Positions 28,601 through 39,057 of a DNA stretch of 64,000 nt are shown here, one piece after another. The DNA comes from an uncultured cyanobacterium (lineage in GTDB: Bacteria; Cyanobacteriota; Cyanobacteriia; PCC-9006; JAAUQQ01), in NCBI GenBank assembly GCA_963718615.1, contig OY970368.1, forward strand, positions 4,702,524 to 4,766,523, written 5' to 3'. The notes beneath the pieces are model-generated. The model made no database searches and was not told the DNA's origin. It was given only the letters and a program-made list of their open reading frames with translations. Numbering within the stretch: the stretch's first letter is position 1; each line of letters opens with the position of its first letter. The translations under genes were made by a program, and so were the position numbers.

Positions 28601-29623
28601 TAAGGGTGCCGATGGGAGGGCTGACAAGGATTCAGGGGGTGATGCTGGCATCGCAAAGTCGTCCCAATCTGAATTCTGGAACAGCGATTCCGCTTCTAGG
28701 TCGAGTGCCGCTCCTTCAAAATCGTCCAGATCGTTGAGGTCGAAGCTATCGGTTTCGGGGGAACCCAGCAGTTCATCGCCAAACAGATCGGCCAAGGCCG
28801 ATGCGGCATCTTCGTCAGGCAAGGGCTCATCCAGGGAAGCCGCTGGCGCTTGCGAGGTTGATGCGATCGCCGCACCCGAGTTTGTTTTCCCAAAAAACTC
28901 GTCTTTCTCCAGGGGATTTTCACCAAACAGATCGGCTAATTCCTCCAATCCCTCAATGGGCATTTCATCTGCCCCCCCCAGTGCCCCCGTCAGCCAAGCT
29001 GCTGAATCGCTGCCATCGCCATTCAGGTCCGATAAATCTGACAAATCCCCGAGCTCGTCCCAGGACAAATCGTCCTCCAAATCGCTGACAAAGCTATCGG
29101 TCAAATTTGCAGTCTCCTCCCCAGGGAGCCCAACAGGTTGGCGCTGGCGCTCTAGCTCCGCCAATACCGGCAGAGGAGCAGAAGCCCCAGGGGCAACCCC
29201 AGTTTCCATTTGCGCTTGGAGCACTGTATCCAGGGCATCAAAATTGGGCTCCATCTCCGCCCAGATCGCCGCACTCTTGGCTTCATCCAGCGCCGAGGTT
29301 TCCCGCACTTCTTCCATGAGCTGCTGAAGCGCTTCAACCCCCTTGAGCAGGTGCGCTTCCATCGCGGCATCCGGCTGAACGGGATGGCCCTTGATAAACT
29401 TCAGGCTACTCTCCAGACGGTAAGCCACCTTTTGAATACCGTGGAGCTCTAACATCGCTGCCCCCCCCTTAATCGAGTGGGCTGCACGATAAAGCTCATT
29501 GATGCGTTCTGGGTCCGCCAAAGCTTCATCCAAAGCCTGGACACCAGGCTCTAGGAGCTCAAGATATTCCTGGCTTTCTTCCAAGAAGAACCCAATAATT
29601 CGCTGCCGCTGTTCTGGATCCAT
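25682..29623 (-). CDS. Hybrid CheA-like histidine kinase (Hpt, acidic low-complexity region, HATPase, CheW-like, C-terminal receiver); HmpE/PilL-like
   Basis: Hpt: YRAAHSIKGGAAMLELHGIQKVA. Kinase: HLINNAVTHGIE...DDGAGID. C-terminal receiver: LIVDDSITVRELL...VFCDIEMPRMTGLELL...YFTKPY. An acidic Asp/Glu/Ser/Leu-rich region of about 500 aa is encoded partly by short tandem DNA repeats at 28200-28380. Confidence 0.85.
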   Translation of the reverse strand: MDPEQRQRIIGFFLEESQEYLELLEPGVQALDEALADPERINELYRAAHSIKGGAAMLELHGIQKVAYRLESSLKFIKGHPVQPDAAMEAHLLKGVEALQQLMEEVRETSALDEAKSAAIWAEMEPNFDALDTVLQAQMETGVAPGASAPLPVLAELERQRQPVGLPGEETANLTDSFVSDLEDDLSWDELGDLSDLSDLNGDGSDSAAWLTGALGGADEMPIEGLEELADLFGENPLEKDEFFGKTNSGAAIASTSQAPAASLDEPLPDEDAASALADLFGDELLGSPETDSFDLNDLDDFEGAALDLEAESLFQNSDWDDFAMPASPPESLSALPSAPLSAENSADTALADLEDLFDSLEAESEPTSEAEPEVELSSASTSLDEGAADSLFAELESEDAIADLFGSLDSALDIPDDSTADDSIPAPPEAEAEAEVEVEAEMGEAEFPELDSSLDDSLSFDDSLSFDDTLTFAESGNAAQLAATEDAMVLAEAIAPISSPTAEAADLSELDSILGFEEDLAQEDEASPEIVEVEAAGPEAIGPQSEVTRSEVTRDDGFGDLDSLLNDISAEVGTDSDFDDLDSLLGEVATPVVSTPLAIADEDSDFADMEQLLQQAKSIGGQTASPSAGVGVSMPSKSRTRTQRLVEQSMRVPIKTLDTLSNLVGEMVVTRNSLEGDQDRLRQALDKLGGHTQQLSDVGQRLQDQYERSLLENALLNSRRKVMGASPLNAFLGGGQSSSNRSGDSGSSGSGSQVDELDDLELDRFSAFHTLSQDIIELIVRIKESTDDIDFLINESLDQVARNFRQTTTQLQEQVNRARMVPFSQTADRLPRAVRDIARKCGKEANLLVDGRETLVDKMLVEQLHDPLTHLINNAVTHGIETPEERILSGKSPEGQIRLHAFYQGNQTVISISDDGAGIDPEVIKRKAIEKGLLRPEEADNLGVSQLYDFLFHAGFSTRDQADAFAGRGVGMDVVRTRLQELRGTVIIDSTIGEGTTFTIRLPLTLSITKALSCISNRARIAFPLDGVEDMFDIPKEQLLSNEEGQACIQWRDMMLPVRALSDLLKYNRTLSRSSVYAGTLDEDMMALVILRSAGEYLAVHVDRVDGERDIVIKQLEGPVPKPVGIAGATVLADGQVMPIADVLELIDLAKGRTRQGAQSLWEMEDAFEEPTATPASDPLVLIVDDSITVRELLSMSFAKAGYRVEQARDGQEAWEKLRSGLPCNLVFCDIEMPRMTGLELLERLQKDEYLKTLPIAMLTSRGADRHRRLAAQYGARGYFTKPYLEESLLEAADRLLKGEVLLTVSKEAEES

Positions 29624-29708
29624 TGCAGTATGCCAACCTATCTGGACTGCGGGGCAGAGGCCGTTTTACCACGACCCCAACAATAATCTGGACGGAAACG
29701 CTTCGAGT

Positions 29709-32700
29709 CTAGCCCTCTTCAGAGCTTTCGACCCGGAATCGTTCCACCGACGTTTGCAGATCGCTGGCAACGCCCACCAGGTTTTGGAGCGATCGCGACA
29801 CCCGCTGAGCCTCCTGGGAGGTCTCTTGGGCCGTCAGTTCGACGGATTGCATCACCTGGGCTACTTGGCGGGAAGTTTCCGTTTGTTCCACCGTATCGGC
29901 GGTAATCGAACGCACAAGCTGGTCGATGCGATTGGACACCTGGATGATGTCGTCGAGCGATCGCTTCGCCTGTTCCGCCAGTTTAGTCCCCGTAATCACC
30001 TGCTGGGTGCCTTCTTCCATAGCCACCATCACGGAGCTGGTCTCACCCTGAATTTGCAGCACGATCTGTTCAATCTCTTTCGAAGATTTAGCGGCTCGAT
30101 CCGCAAGTTGTCGCACTTCATCGGCCACGATCGCAAATCCGCGACCCGCATCCCCCGCCCGAGCCGCCTCAATACTAGCGTTGAGCGCCAATAGATTCGT
30201 TCGAGACGCAATCTGGGAAATTAAGGCCACAATCTTCGAAATTTCCTGGGAGGATTCCGCCAGACGCTTCACCTTCCGCGTGGTTTCCGCCACGGTTTCT
30301 CGAATTTGCAGAATCCCCGCCACGGTTTTCTCCACCGCTTCGCCGCCTTTAAGCGCGGTCACCGACGCCGTCCGGGCCACTTCTTCCGCCTCGCGGGCGC
30401 TATCGGCCACCCGCTGAATCGAATCGGTCATCACCTGTACAGAATTCAGCGTCACGGCTAATTCTTCCGCCTGACGCAGTGCATCGGAAGACAAACTGCG
30501 GGCAAAGGTTTCATTCTCCGAGGCCGCCTTGTTCACCTGGGTCGCCGCTGTCTTCACCTGCAAGACAATTTCCCGCAGGTTCTGAATCGTCAAGTTGAAC
30601 GAGTCCGCCACCGCGCCCAGCACGTCAGCTGTGACTTCAGCCTGGACCGTCAAATCCCCTCGGGCCGCCCCTTCCACATCGTCCAGCAAACGAATCACCT
30701 GGCGCTGCAAGTCTTCCTTCTGCTGTTCCTGCTCCTCGGCCTTGCGCTGGGCGTCCTTGGTGGTTGCCAAAATCACGCGGGACATTTGGTTGAACCCCGC
30801 CGCCAATTGACCCAGCTCATCTTCAGAATAAATCGTGGCCTGAGCGTTGAAATTACCTTGGACAATCTTCGAAAACTGGGCTTGCAAATCTTCCGTCGTC
30901 CGGCGAATCTGTCGCCGCATCAGCTCACCCATGATCCCTGCCCCCGCCATGCCCGCTACCCCACCGGCCAGGGCCAAAACCAACGGTGCAGGAGAGGATT
31001 GAACCTCTGGAGCTGGGTTCGCCACCTTGTTGTACAGCACATTGGAGCCGACGACCCCCAGCGCTGCCGCTAGCCCCGCTGTGGCAGCAATGACGGTCCG
31101 TTTTGTCGTCAGCGAAGCATTTTCCAGGGGGGCTAAAATTCCCTGCTCCACCGCAACGGTGGGTTCTACCTCAGCAATTTCGGATTGGGTAAAGGAGGGC
31201 AAGTTATCTGTCCCCCAGACCGATTCTGCGGTGCCCACTTCCTCTGCACTGATGCCAAAGCTGCTGAGGTCGCTGCCATCGCTCATTTCGCCTGTGGGCA
31301 AATCAAACCCAGAGGTAGGAATCGGGCTGGTAAAACCAATCGAGTCCTCCGCTAGGTCAAACTCAGACAGGCCGCCAAAATCATCAAAGGCATCAAATTC
31401 CTCGAGAAAATCCGCATTGCTGCGTCCACCTGTATCTCCCCCCGTCGAATCGGCATCCCCGGACGGCATTTCTCCAGGTAAATGAGAAATTGAAGGCAGA
31501 TCACCGGCAAACGTATCAAATTCCCCTTGCCCCCCTAACCCAAAATCCGTTTCCGGATTGTCGTCATCCTCCAAACCTCCAAAGGCATCAAAGTTGTCAA
31601 AGGAGTCGTTCGCCAAGGAGTTGTTATCGTTGGGCGTCTCAAACGTCAGCACAGGCGCTGGCGACTCATCCTCAAAGGACATGGATTCAAAAAACGAAGC
31701 TGATTCCTCCTCCAAGGAAGGACTCGTGGGCTCTCCCGTAGATGAACGATAGTCTTCATCGTCTGGATCTGCGGCCATCGCATAGGGCGTTGCGGCGGCG
31801 GTGATGGGTGCACCCGGCTCCATCAGCGGATTCTCGGCAAAACCTGCGGCAGTTCCAGTCAGGTCAAAATCCTCATCATTCATAAAGAGAGTTGCTTCTG
31901 GTCGATCCCCTGGCGAGCCATCATCGAAGAAATCTGCCTCTGAGGTAAAGGCCGAGTCGAAGGCAAATTCGTCGGCGACCTCCTCGCCCTGGGCTGGTAC
32001 TGGATCCAAGTCGAAATTTAATTCGGAATCCTCAAAAGCGGGTTCAGCCAGACCATCCTCAGTCTCTGCACCAAAGACATCGTTAGAGAAGTCATCATCA
32101 AGGTCCGCTCCCCCATCGCTGTCCGACAACGCCTCTTCATCCACCGCTGCAAAGCCATTGGGCGATTGAGCGCCAAAGGGATTGCCAGTGGAGAAGGGAT
32201 TGTCTTCAACCAGGCCCAATGCTTCATCGCCCCCAAAGGGATTTTCTCCACTGCTATCCCCAAACGGATTGACGAAATCCGCACCCATCCCGTCATCCAT
32301 ACCCATCCCGTCATTCGCTAAGCGGCTGCCTGTTGCGCCGACGCCCTGGGCGATCGCCTCTCCAGACCCCAAACTAATCGGTTCCCCAGAGCCCAGGCTG
32401 ATGACATCCTCGTCGGAGTCAAAGCCATCGGCATCAAAACCAATCTCATCCGGCTCATCAAAGCTAAAATCAAAGGCGTCATGGGAACCATTGTGGTTTT
32501 CCTCATCCCCTTGCGGTGAGCCCAGGTCCAGGGCGATCGCCTCCTGAGGGTCCGCCATGCCGCTAGATCGAGGGGAATCAAGATCCGCAAAATTGAGCGA
32601 ATCAAAGCTCAGGGCACTGACATCGGAATCCGCCCCAAACCCCGTACCACTATCCTCCAGGTCCATCTCAGGAGACCAGCTATCCGGGCCATTATCATCG

Positions 32701-33014
32701 TCAAAATTCCCCGGCGGCTCTTCCAAGGCCACACCGGTCACCGCCCGCGTTTTGACCTGGCCGCCAAATTCTCGACAGGTTTCAATCCCCTGGCTAGCAT
32801 AGTCTAAGAACGAAGGCTCATCGGTGAGATGGGCGATCGCCTCATAATCATCCAGTGCCGTATCGTACTGCTGCAAGCCGTAACAATAAATGTGACCTCT
32901 CAGCAAGCGCACTCGCGGGTCATCCGGGGTGTGCTGCATGAGCTCATCCACAAGCTCTGCCGCCTCCCGATAGTTTCCTTGCATATAGGCCCGTTCAGCC
33001 TGCTGATATGACAT
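29709..33014 (-). CDS. Methyl-accepting chemotaxis protein (HmpD/PilJ-like) with N-terminal TPR-like segment and long acidic low-complexity region
   Basis: The C-terminal MCP signalling domain is [44 protein letters not shown], with HAMP-like and coiled-coil regions. The N-terminal 500 aa are acidic and repetitive. Confidence 0.85.
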   Translation of the reverse strand: MSYQQAERAYMQGNYREAAELVDELMQHTPDDPRVRLLRGHIYCYGLQQYDTALDDYEAIAHLTDEPSFLDYASQGIETCREFGGQVKTRAVTGVALEEPPGNFDDDNGPDSWSPEMDLEDSGTGFGADSDVSALSFDSLNFADLDSPRSSGMADPQEAIALDLGSPQGDEENHNGSHDAFDFSFDEPDEIGFDADGFDSDEDVISLGSGEPISLGSGEAIAQGVGATGSRLANDGMGMDDGMGADFVNPFGDSSGENPFGGDEALGLVEDNPFSTGNPFGAQSPNGFAAVDEEALSDSDGGADLDDDFSNDVFGAETEDGLAEPAFEDSELNFDLDPVPAQGEEVADEFAFDSAFTSEADFFDDGSPGDRPEATLFMNDEDFDLTGTAAGFAENPLMEPGAPITAAATPYAMAADPDDEDYRSSTGEPTSPSLEEESASFFESMSFEDESPAPVLTFETPNDNNSLANDSFDNFDAFGGLEDDDNPETDFGLGGQGEFDTFAGDLPSISHLPGEMPSGDADSTGGDTGGRSNADFLEEFDAFDDFGGLSEFDLAEDSIGFTSPIPTSGFDLPTGEMSDGSDLSSFGISAEEVGTAESVWGTDNLPSFTQSEIAEVEPTVAVEQGILAPLENASLTTKRTVIAATAGLAAALGVVGSNVLYNKVANPAPEVQSSPAPLVLALAGGVAGMAGAGIMGELMRRQIRRTTEDLQAQFSKIVQGNFNAQATIYSEDELGQLAAGFNQMSRVILATTKDAQRKAEEQEQQKEDLQRQVIRLLDDVEGAARGDLTVQAEVTADVLGAVADSFNLTIQNLREIVLQVKTAATQVNKAASENETFARSLSSDALRQAEELAVTLNSVQVMTDSIQRVADSAREAEEVARTASVTALKGGEAVEKTVAGILQIRETVAETTRKVKRLAESSQEISKIVALISQIASRTNLLALNASIEAARAGDAGRGFAIVADEVRQLADRAAKSSKEIEQIVLQIQGETSSVMVAMEEGTQQVITGTKLAEQAKRSLDDIIQVSNRIDQLVRSITADTVEQTETSRQVAQVMQSVELTAQETSQEAQRVSRSLQNLVGVASDLQTSVERFRVESSEEG

Positions 33015-33075
33015 CTACCTTGCTCCTAAGCTACCCTTAGCCAATCTGTTGAATCTCGTAATTGTGGTTTCGCAC

Positions 33076-33615
33076 TCACATCGCCCATCGTGCAGATCGG
33101 AGAATCGCAGACTGATCGAGCAATCGAAGATGACGGTCTCCACCTTCACTCGCTAGAATCCATTCCCCACGGACAAAAGGGGCCATATTATCAGGAATAT
33201 TCTTAGGCGTGATCAGCTGCTCAGGACTTAACCAAGCTGTATCAATAACCCGATCCACGGCAAGCCCCAAGAGCGTGTCCTGTTCTTCGATGGCAATGAC
33301 ATGGAGTTCTGGGCGATCGGTATTGAGAACCACAGAGTCCCCGAGAAATTGACCCAAATCTGCCACCCAAATCACCCGACCTCTAGCATTCAGCGTTCCG
33401 AGCATCAAGGGCGATACATTCGGAATAGGCGTGATCCCTTCCGGCGACTGAAACAGGGTTTCTCGGATGCCAATCGCCGGTAAAGCGAATTCTTCCCCTG
33501 ACGGGACATAAAAACAAAGGTGTAACTCACCTTCGGGCGTCTCCAGTTCCTGAATCTCTGAGGCTTGGTTTTGACCTACCCCCGTTAAAAAATCTGGGTT
33601 GCGATTGCCGATCAT
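33076..33615 (-). CDS. CheW-like coupling protein (HmpC/PilI-like)
   Basis: 179 aa with the CheW-domain pattern ...LCFYVPSGEEFALPAIGIRE...LGTLNARGRVIWVADLGQFLG. Confidence 0.85.
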   Translation of the reverse strand: MIGNRNPDFLTGVGQNQASEIQELETPEGELHLCFYVPSGEEFALPAIGIRETLFQSPEGITPIPNVSPLMLGTLNARGRVIWVADLGQFLGDSVVLNTDRPELHVIAIEEQDTLLGLAVDRVIDTAWLSPEQLITPKNIPDNMAPFVRGEWILASEGGDRHLRLLDQSAILRSARWAM

Positions 33616-33623
33616 GGGTGAAG

Positions 33624-33989
33624 CTAGCCCCTCAGTAACTGCTTGACGGTCCCTACAAGTTCCGTGGGTTGGAACGGCTTCGCAATGTAGGCATCTGCGC
33701 CTTGCTTGATTCCCCAGTATCGATCAAACTCCTCGCCCTTGGAGGAACACATGACCACTGGCACCCCTTGGGTTCTGGGATCATTTTTTAACCGGCGACA
33801 GAGTTCGTAACCGTTCATTCTGGGCATCACAATATCCAGGATAACGATGTCAGGCTGATGACTCTTAATGCGCTCAAGGGCCTCTACGCCGTCGGTGGCA
33901 ACGGACACATCCAGCCCACTCCCCCTCAGGAGATCGGTAATCATTTCCCGTTGAGCAGGACTATCTTCAACCACCAAGACTGTACTCAT
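33624..33989 (-). CDS. CheY-like single-domain response regulator (HmpB/PilH-like)
   Basis: From ATG 33989: MSTVLVVEDSPAQREMITDLL...DIVILDIVMPRMNGYELCRRL...YIAKPF, receiver motifs intact. The track ORF has a 22-codon upstream extension. Confidence 0.85.
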   Translation of the reverse strand: MSTVLVVEDSPAQREMITDLLRGSGLDVSVATDGVEALERIKSHQPDIVILDIVMPRMNGYELCRRLKNDPRTQGVPVVMCSSKGEEFDRYWGIKQGADAYIAKPFQPTELVGTVKQLLRG

Positions 33990-34223
33990 TGTTGACCTCT
34001 GAGATTTTCCCGTTTGGAGAGTTACTAGCATGTGCGGGAAGCAGGTGAGAAACAACTGGGTTGCACCGTTATCCAGGGCTCCAGCAGACCTGTGGCAAGC
34101 CTGAGCAATAGAGTATGCTTGGAAATCGCCCTTGGGAAAGACTCATAGCCCGCACCCTAGCAAATGCACCTAATCCCTATGCCTCCTGGGATGATTCGCC
34201 GGGAAACATAAGCAGGCCCTACG

Positions 34224-35462
34224 CTAGGTGTCGGAGCTTAATTTGGCTTCATCGTTATCATGCCCCAATTTACCCTGTAAAGCATCAGCTCCGTACTCCT
34301 CTTGTACCGCATTAAACGGCTGACCGGAGGAATTACCAGGACCAATATACTTTTCCAACAACATATGCAGCTCATCCGTGCTAAATGGTTTTGTTAAGTA
34401 ATCCGTTGCACCCACGAGACGAGCTTGGGTTCGGTCAACAAACCCTTCTTTCCCTGTCAGCATAATAATCGGTCGCTGCTGAAAACGCTGGGTCTGTCGC
34501 AGCATGGCGCAGAGTTCATAGCCGTTGAGCTTGGGCATATCAATATCACATAAGACTAAGGCCGGGGGATCACGGAGCAGTTCTCCTACCGCCTCTAGGG
34601 GGTTGTGAAAGGCGCGCACCGTATATCCCCAGGTTTGCAGCGTTTGGCGCAGAATCTCTAGGGTGGCTAGGGCATCGTCGATACAGACGATAACGTGGGA
34701 GGTGGGCTGGGGGGGAGGGGCGATCGCCTCCGAAGTCATGGCCCTAGGCAATTGCAGCCGCATCAAATGGGCTTCGACATAGGGGTAAATGGCCTGGGCC
34801 ACAGTCACAATTGAGCGGTTCAAGCGTCTGGCCATGCGCCGCAACGACAGGGTTCCATCGGCCCAGCGAGTTAAGTTTTGAAAAACCTCGTCGCCGACTT
34901 GCTTGCGGAGGGCGATCGCATCAATCACCTGAGGACATTGTTCAGGGGACACAATGGTCGGATAAAGCTGCTTCCAGCGATGCAGTTGAAACTGTAAAGC
35001 CTTTAAGCGCGGGCCAATCTCCAGCGTCGTAATGGGAGAAGCCGGAGCATTGCCCAATTCAAAGCGAAAGGCCCCCGCATGCAGACTGAGAACATCAAAC
35101 AGGGTCTCATCCACCAACCGTTGTACAAGGGCAATGCCTTGCTCACGGCTGATTTGAGCCGTTTTTAGCAATTGCCACAGAGCATCGTACTCCGGCATAT
35201 GTAGCGGGAGCTGTAATACTTCAGACCCCTCTTCTGTTCGTCCGACTTCCGAGGGTAAACGATAAAGGCAATCTTCTAGCCGTTCGCTTCTCCCCGGCAT
35301 CGAAGAGACCTGAACCGAAGAAGCATGTACAATTCGACCTTGGACGACCGAAATCAGCCAAGCCTGATGGTCAGCTTGCAACCACAACTCCCCAGTGCGC
35401 TGGCCGAGCTCGATGAGCTGCAAAATGGTATAAACATCAATTTCGTGAAGCTGGCCTTGCAT
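34224..35462 (-). CDS. PatA-type response regulator (N-terminal PATAN domain + C-terminal receiver); HmpA/PilG-like
   Basis: C-terminal receiver HVIVCIDDALATLEILRQTL...LVLCDIDMPKLNGYELCAMLRQ...YLTKPF, plus a 270-aa N-terminal domain typical of the PatA subfamily. It is the first gene of the minus-strand chemotaxis operon. Confidence 0.8.
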   Translation of the reverse strand: MQGQLHEIDVYTILQLIELGQRTGELWLQADHQAWLISVVQGRIVHASSVQVSSMPGRSERLEDCLYRLPSEVGRTEEGSEVLQLPLHMPEYDALWQLLKTAQISREQGIALVQRLVDETLFDVLSLHAGAFRFELGNAPASPITTLEIGPRLKALQFQLHRWKQLYPTIVSPEQCPQVIDAIALRKQVGDEVFQNLTRWADGTLSLRRMARRLNRSIVTVAQAIYPYVEAHLMRLQLPRAMTSEAIAPPPQPTSHVIVCIDDALATLEILRQTLQTWGYTVRAFHNPLEAVGELLRDPPALVLCDIDMPKLNGYELCAMLRQTQRFQQRPIIMLTGKEGFVDRTQARLVGATDYLTKPFSTDELHMLLEKYIGPGNSSGQPFNAVQEEYGADALQGKLGHDNDEAKLSSDT

Positions 35463-35725
35463 GAAGTCTAAAGAAAAAAGATAGAGACGGCCCAGCCAAG
35501 AGGGGATTTAGATCTGTAAGCTATATAAAATTTATACATTCGATCGGGGCACTCTAGGACTCAGTCATGCTCAGGTCAATGTCCAGTCAAGGTCAAACCG
35601 TTGCAACGATGACTGCCGGGAGCAGTTGAGCTAAGATTTAACCGAGTTTTCTAGGATGTAAGCCGGGTGGCCTACATCACGCCCCCATTTTTAGATTCTT
35701 TAAGCATTTTAAGAGGGTAATCGGC

Positions 35726-37441
35726 GTGCAGTATCTGGCAGAAGTGCAAAAGAAAAGCGGCGGCCTGCTAGGAGCCAGCAAAGCCGAGCTGCGTCTGATT
35801 GCCTGTCAACGCTCTGAAGACAATTGGCAGGCCATGGCAGGCAGTAACGTGATTTCCACGGATAAAGCCAGTGACTATGGCTCTGGCACGCTGGTGATCG
35901 CCGAAATCGCGGGCAATGACGTCAAACGCGTCAGCGCTGCAACGCAACCCGTTCTCAAAATCCTTCAGCATTATTCGCGGCTTCAGGAGAAGCTAAAGGA
36001 CAAAGACGATGATATTGAACAATGGAAGCAGTCGCTGACCTATCAAAGTCAGGAACTGAATCGCCGTGTCATGGAGGTTGAGGTTCGCGAGGAACAGCTC
36101 CAGCAAGCCAGCGAAGAACTCGCCCGACTCGAACAACAGCGTCAGGAAGTCACGGTTTTACGCGAAGAGATTCAGCGCAATCAGGCGGAGATTGAAACGA
36201 AGCAGCAGGAAATTACCGCAGCTTGGTCACAGCTAGAGACGGAGCGACATCATCTAGAACACCAGCTTCAGACCGGACAAGGTGGAGGTTCGTTGGATCC
36301 CGTGCAACTTCAGTCCCTGGCGGGACAGCTCCACCAATTGGAGGCCGCTGCGCCTGCGGTGGATGAGGTTCAGGCTCGTGTGGCTCAACTGTTTGAGCAA
36401 GTTCAACAGCAGCAGCCCATATTGGACCAGTATTGGCACCAAGCCGAAGCAGGGGGCTCGGCAGCAGACATCGATACCTCTTTGCCGACACTTCAGCAGG
36501 CTTGGGCGGCTTGGTCGGAGGGGCAAGCGGATCTAGAGCGTTTGCGGGGAGAACTGGCAGCGCTACGACGAGAGCTGAGTGTGAAGTCTCAGGCCGCAGA
36601 AACGCTTCAACGCCAGCTCAAGGCCAATAGATTGCTCAAACAGCAGTTGACCCATTTGGCGGGAGGACTGGATCCGGATATTGCCGCTCAAATTGATTTT
36701 CCAGCTCTAGAGCAAATGTCCATAGAAGAGCTAGAGAGCAAGGTTCAGGATTTGCAGACGGACTATAAGCGCATCTTTAATTTTGTTAACGACCAAGAGG
36801 AGGAGCTGCGGTTCCAGCTCCAGGCGGTCGATGAGTTAAAGCAAAAAATTGCGGAGGCGAGTGAGTTCGATCGCCTCACCCTAGAAACGGAGTTGGCCGA
36901 TGAACAGGACAGCTACCGCATCTTAGATGAGTCCATGTTTGACCAGCGTCGTACGCTCAACGAACGCAAGACGATTTTGTCTCAGTATGAATCGATTTTG
37001 GCAAAACGTCGGGGGCAGTCTGTACCAGAGGCTGAACCCAGTATTGACCTAGGTCCTCTGCTGTCCCAATTGGCTGCGGATACGGTTCAGTACAACCAAC
37101 AGCTAGAGGATCTCAAGGCACAAATTCAAACCCTCGAAGCCCAGCAACAGGATCTCGAAGTCCGGGTGAACCAGCAGACGGCGGTTCAAATGCAGAAGCG
37201 TCAGGACCTGGATCAGCTCTCCAGAACCCTTTCGGTTAGCGGCGGGGGATTGGGGGATACTTATCGAGCGGTGCTGCACCCTGTGCAGGAGCTAGTCAAT
37301 CAACTGCGGCAACAGCTTGAAGGGCTGAAGGGGGATTGCGATCGCCTCCAGGAATCCCGTCATTATCAGCATCAGCTCCTGGCAGGGCTCCAGCAAACCC
37401 TAGCGGATCTGGGAGGGACGGTCTATTCTGACGCAGCCTAA
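35726..37441 (+). CDS. Coiled-coil protein, HmpF-like, divergent from the chemotaxis operon
   Basis: 571 aa dominated by Gln/Glu/Leu heptad-like coiled coil (...EEQLQQASEELARLEQQRQEVTVLREEIQRNQAEIETKQQE...). The divergent position beside the PatA-type regulator matches the Nostoc hmpF arrangement. Confidence 0.55.
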   Translation: MQYLAEVQKKSGGLLGASKAELRLIACQRSEDNWQAMAGSNVISTDKASDYGSGTLVIAEIAGNDVKRVSAATQPVLKILQHYSRLQEKLKDKDDDIEQWKQSLTYQSQELNRRVMEVEVREEQLQQASEELARLEQQRQEVTVLREEIQRNQAEIETKQQEITAAWSQLETERHHLEHQLQTGQGGGSLDPVQLQSLAGQLHQLEAAAPAVDEVQARVAQLFEQVQQQQPILDQYWHQAEAGGSAADIDTSLPTLQQAWAAWSEGQADLERLRGELAALRRELSVKSQAAETLQRQLKANRLLKQQLTHLAGGLDPDIAAQIDFPALEQMSIEELESKVQDLQTDYKRIFNFVNDQEEELRFQLQAVDELKQKIAEASEFDRLTLETELADEQDSYRILDESMFDQRRTLNERKTILSQYESILAKRRGQSVPEAEPSIDLGPLLSQLAADTVQYNQQLEDLKAQIQTLEAQQQDLEVRVNQQTAVQMQKRQDLDQLSRTLSVSGGGLGDTYRAVLHPVQELVNQLRQQLEGLKGDCDRLQESRHYQHQLLAGLQQTLADLGGTVYSDAA

Positions 37442-37447
37442 AGCGGC

Positions 37448-38152
37448 TCAATCCCCCAGATCATCCCTAATCGACTGTCGCAGCAGCAGTCGGCTGGGTC
37501 GTTTCCAGAAGAATTCTTCCCAGGACGGGTCGACCCGCTGAAAGCGATAGCCGAGCTGGGTGTAGAGTTGTCGCGCCGGTTGATTATTTTCCAGCACATG
37601 CAGGTATAAATCCTGATAGCCCTGGGTCTGGGCAAAGGTCCGGCAGGTAGTGAGCAACCGCCGAGCAATCCCCTGGCGTCGAACCGTGCGACAAACGGCC
37701 AGATTAGAGAGATAGGGTGAGCCGCTGGGGCCGGACACCGCCCATTGCAGCATCGCTTGTGAAAAGCAATCTGTCCCGCCTAGACCTGCTAGCCAGCGCT
37801 GGGCGCGCACGGTCAGCTCTACGGTTCCCACCAAGGTTTCTTCAAGTAAGGTTTCTTCAAATTTGGCTGGGCGCATTTCCCCTGGGGGCGAGGCGGTTCC
37901 TGCAGCTCGAACTTGCACGGCAACCCAGCAGGCATAATCCTGTGAGGGCTGTTTTAAGCGCAAACGCAGATCTTCTTGAATACTGAACCGCATCAAGGGA
38001 TAAAGCCAGTCCCAGGGCATCTCCAAGGGATTGAAGCATTGAGCCAAGAGCGTCGCTAGAGCGGGCAAATCCTCGATAACGGCTCGACGAATCTGGATGT
38101 CACCGACCTGTACGCTCGGCCTTGGCAATGAAGCTCCCTTGTCACTGGCCAT
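37448..38152 (-). CDS. GNAT-family N-acetyltransferase
   Basis: Acetyl-CoA-binding motif VRRQGIARRLL and the GNAT core ...YLHVLENNQPARQLYTQLGYRF. The start is taken as the internal Met (MASDKG...); the track ORF extends further 5'. Confidence 0.55.
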   Translation of the reverse strand: MASDKGASLPRPSVQVGDIQIRRAVIEDLPALATLLAQCFNPLEMPWDWLYPLMRFSIQEDLRLRLKQPSQDYACWVAVQVRAAGTASPPGEMRPAKFEETLLEETLVGTVELTVRAQRWLAGLGGTDCFSQAMLQWAVSGPSGSPYLSNLAVCRTVRRQGIARRLLTTCRTFAQTQGYQDLYLHVLENNQPARQLYTQLGYRFQRVDPSWEEFFWKRPSRLLLRQSIRDDLGD

Positions 38153-38156
38153 CAGA

Positions 38157-38990
38157 CTAATCCTGCTGGTGAGAGAACTGATAGGCCCCGGCGGCGGAGA
38201 GGGCGATCGCCAATACCAACAGCACAACCCCATTCACCCAGGGAAACTGACTCCAGGGCTGATAGGCCGCCGCCCGCAGTCCGGTTGTGGCGTAGGTCAG
38301 GGGCAGGCAATAGACAACGATTTTGAGCAGGGGGGGCAGCGTCGAGGGGTCAAAGAATGTTGCGCCCAGAAAGGACATCGGCACAATCAAAAAGTTGTTA
38401 TAGAGGCCGACGCTCTCTAGGGACTTCACCCGCAACCCAGTCAGGACGCCAATTCCCGCAAAGACGGCGCAGTTCAAAATCAGAATCAGCCAGAACAGCG
38501 GATTGAGGAAACTCCAGGGCTGGCCGGTAAACAGGATGGCGACAAAAATAACTGAAGCGGACGTGAGCAACCCCCGCAAAATCCCGGCCATCATCTTGCC
38601 CAAATGCAAAGCCAAGGGATGAACCGGCAGGAGCAGCATTTCCTCGAAGGTTTTGGAAAACAGCCGCTCGCCACAGATGGAAAACGTCGTGCCACCAAAG
38701 CTAATGGCCATGGAGGACAGGGCCACCATCCCCGGCAAAATAAATTCCAGGTAGCTGCCGTAGTCTGTACTGATGCTGGTGCCGGGACGAATCGAATTCC
38801 CTAACCCTAAGCCAAAGGCCACGATGTAAATCAACGGTGAAATCAGTCCTGAAGAAATCACTTGGGTAATGCGGGCACGCAGATCCAACCAATCTCCCCA
38901 GAAGACGGTGAGGCTATCTTGCCAGAGGTATTTCAAGGGATTGCGGGGCGATCGCCCCAATTCAGCAGCATTCACAGGGGCAGAAGTCAT
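38157..38990 (-). CDS. ABC-2-type transporter permease
   Basis: 277 aa with 6 predicted TM helices and an ABC-2-like topology. No ATPase lies adjacent in this window. Confidence 0.6.
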   Translation of the reverse strand: MTSAPVNAAELGRSPRNPLKYLWQDSLTVFWGDWLDLRARITQVISSGLISPLIYIVAFGLGLGNSIRPGTSISTDYGSYLEFILPGMVALSSMAISFGGTTFSICGERLFSKTFEEMLLLPVHPLALHLGKMMAGILRGLLTSASVIFVAILFTGQPWSFLNPLFWLILILNCAVFAGIGVLTGLRVKSLESVGLYNNFLIVPMSFLGATFFDPSTLPPLLKIVVYCLPLTYATTGLRAAAYQPWSQFPWVNGVVLLVLAIALSAAGAYQFSHQQD

Positions 38991-39057
38991 GGCAAGGTAG
39001 GCAGCACGGACTGAAGAAAATTGTACATGGCCCGTCGTCGCGGGATGGGATCAATCT

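Noticed and set aside
28158-29327. 389-aa Ser-rich plus-strand ORF and other plus-strand ORFs across 25779-33011
   Set aside because: They lie antisense to the cheA and MCP acidic low-complexity regions, where repetitive GA-rich coding sequence leaves the opposite strand open. No independent evidence supports them.
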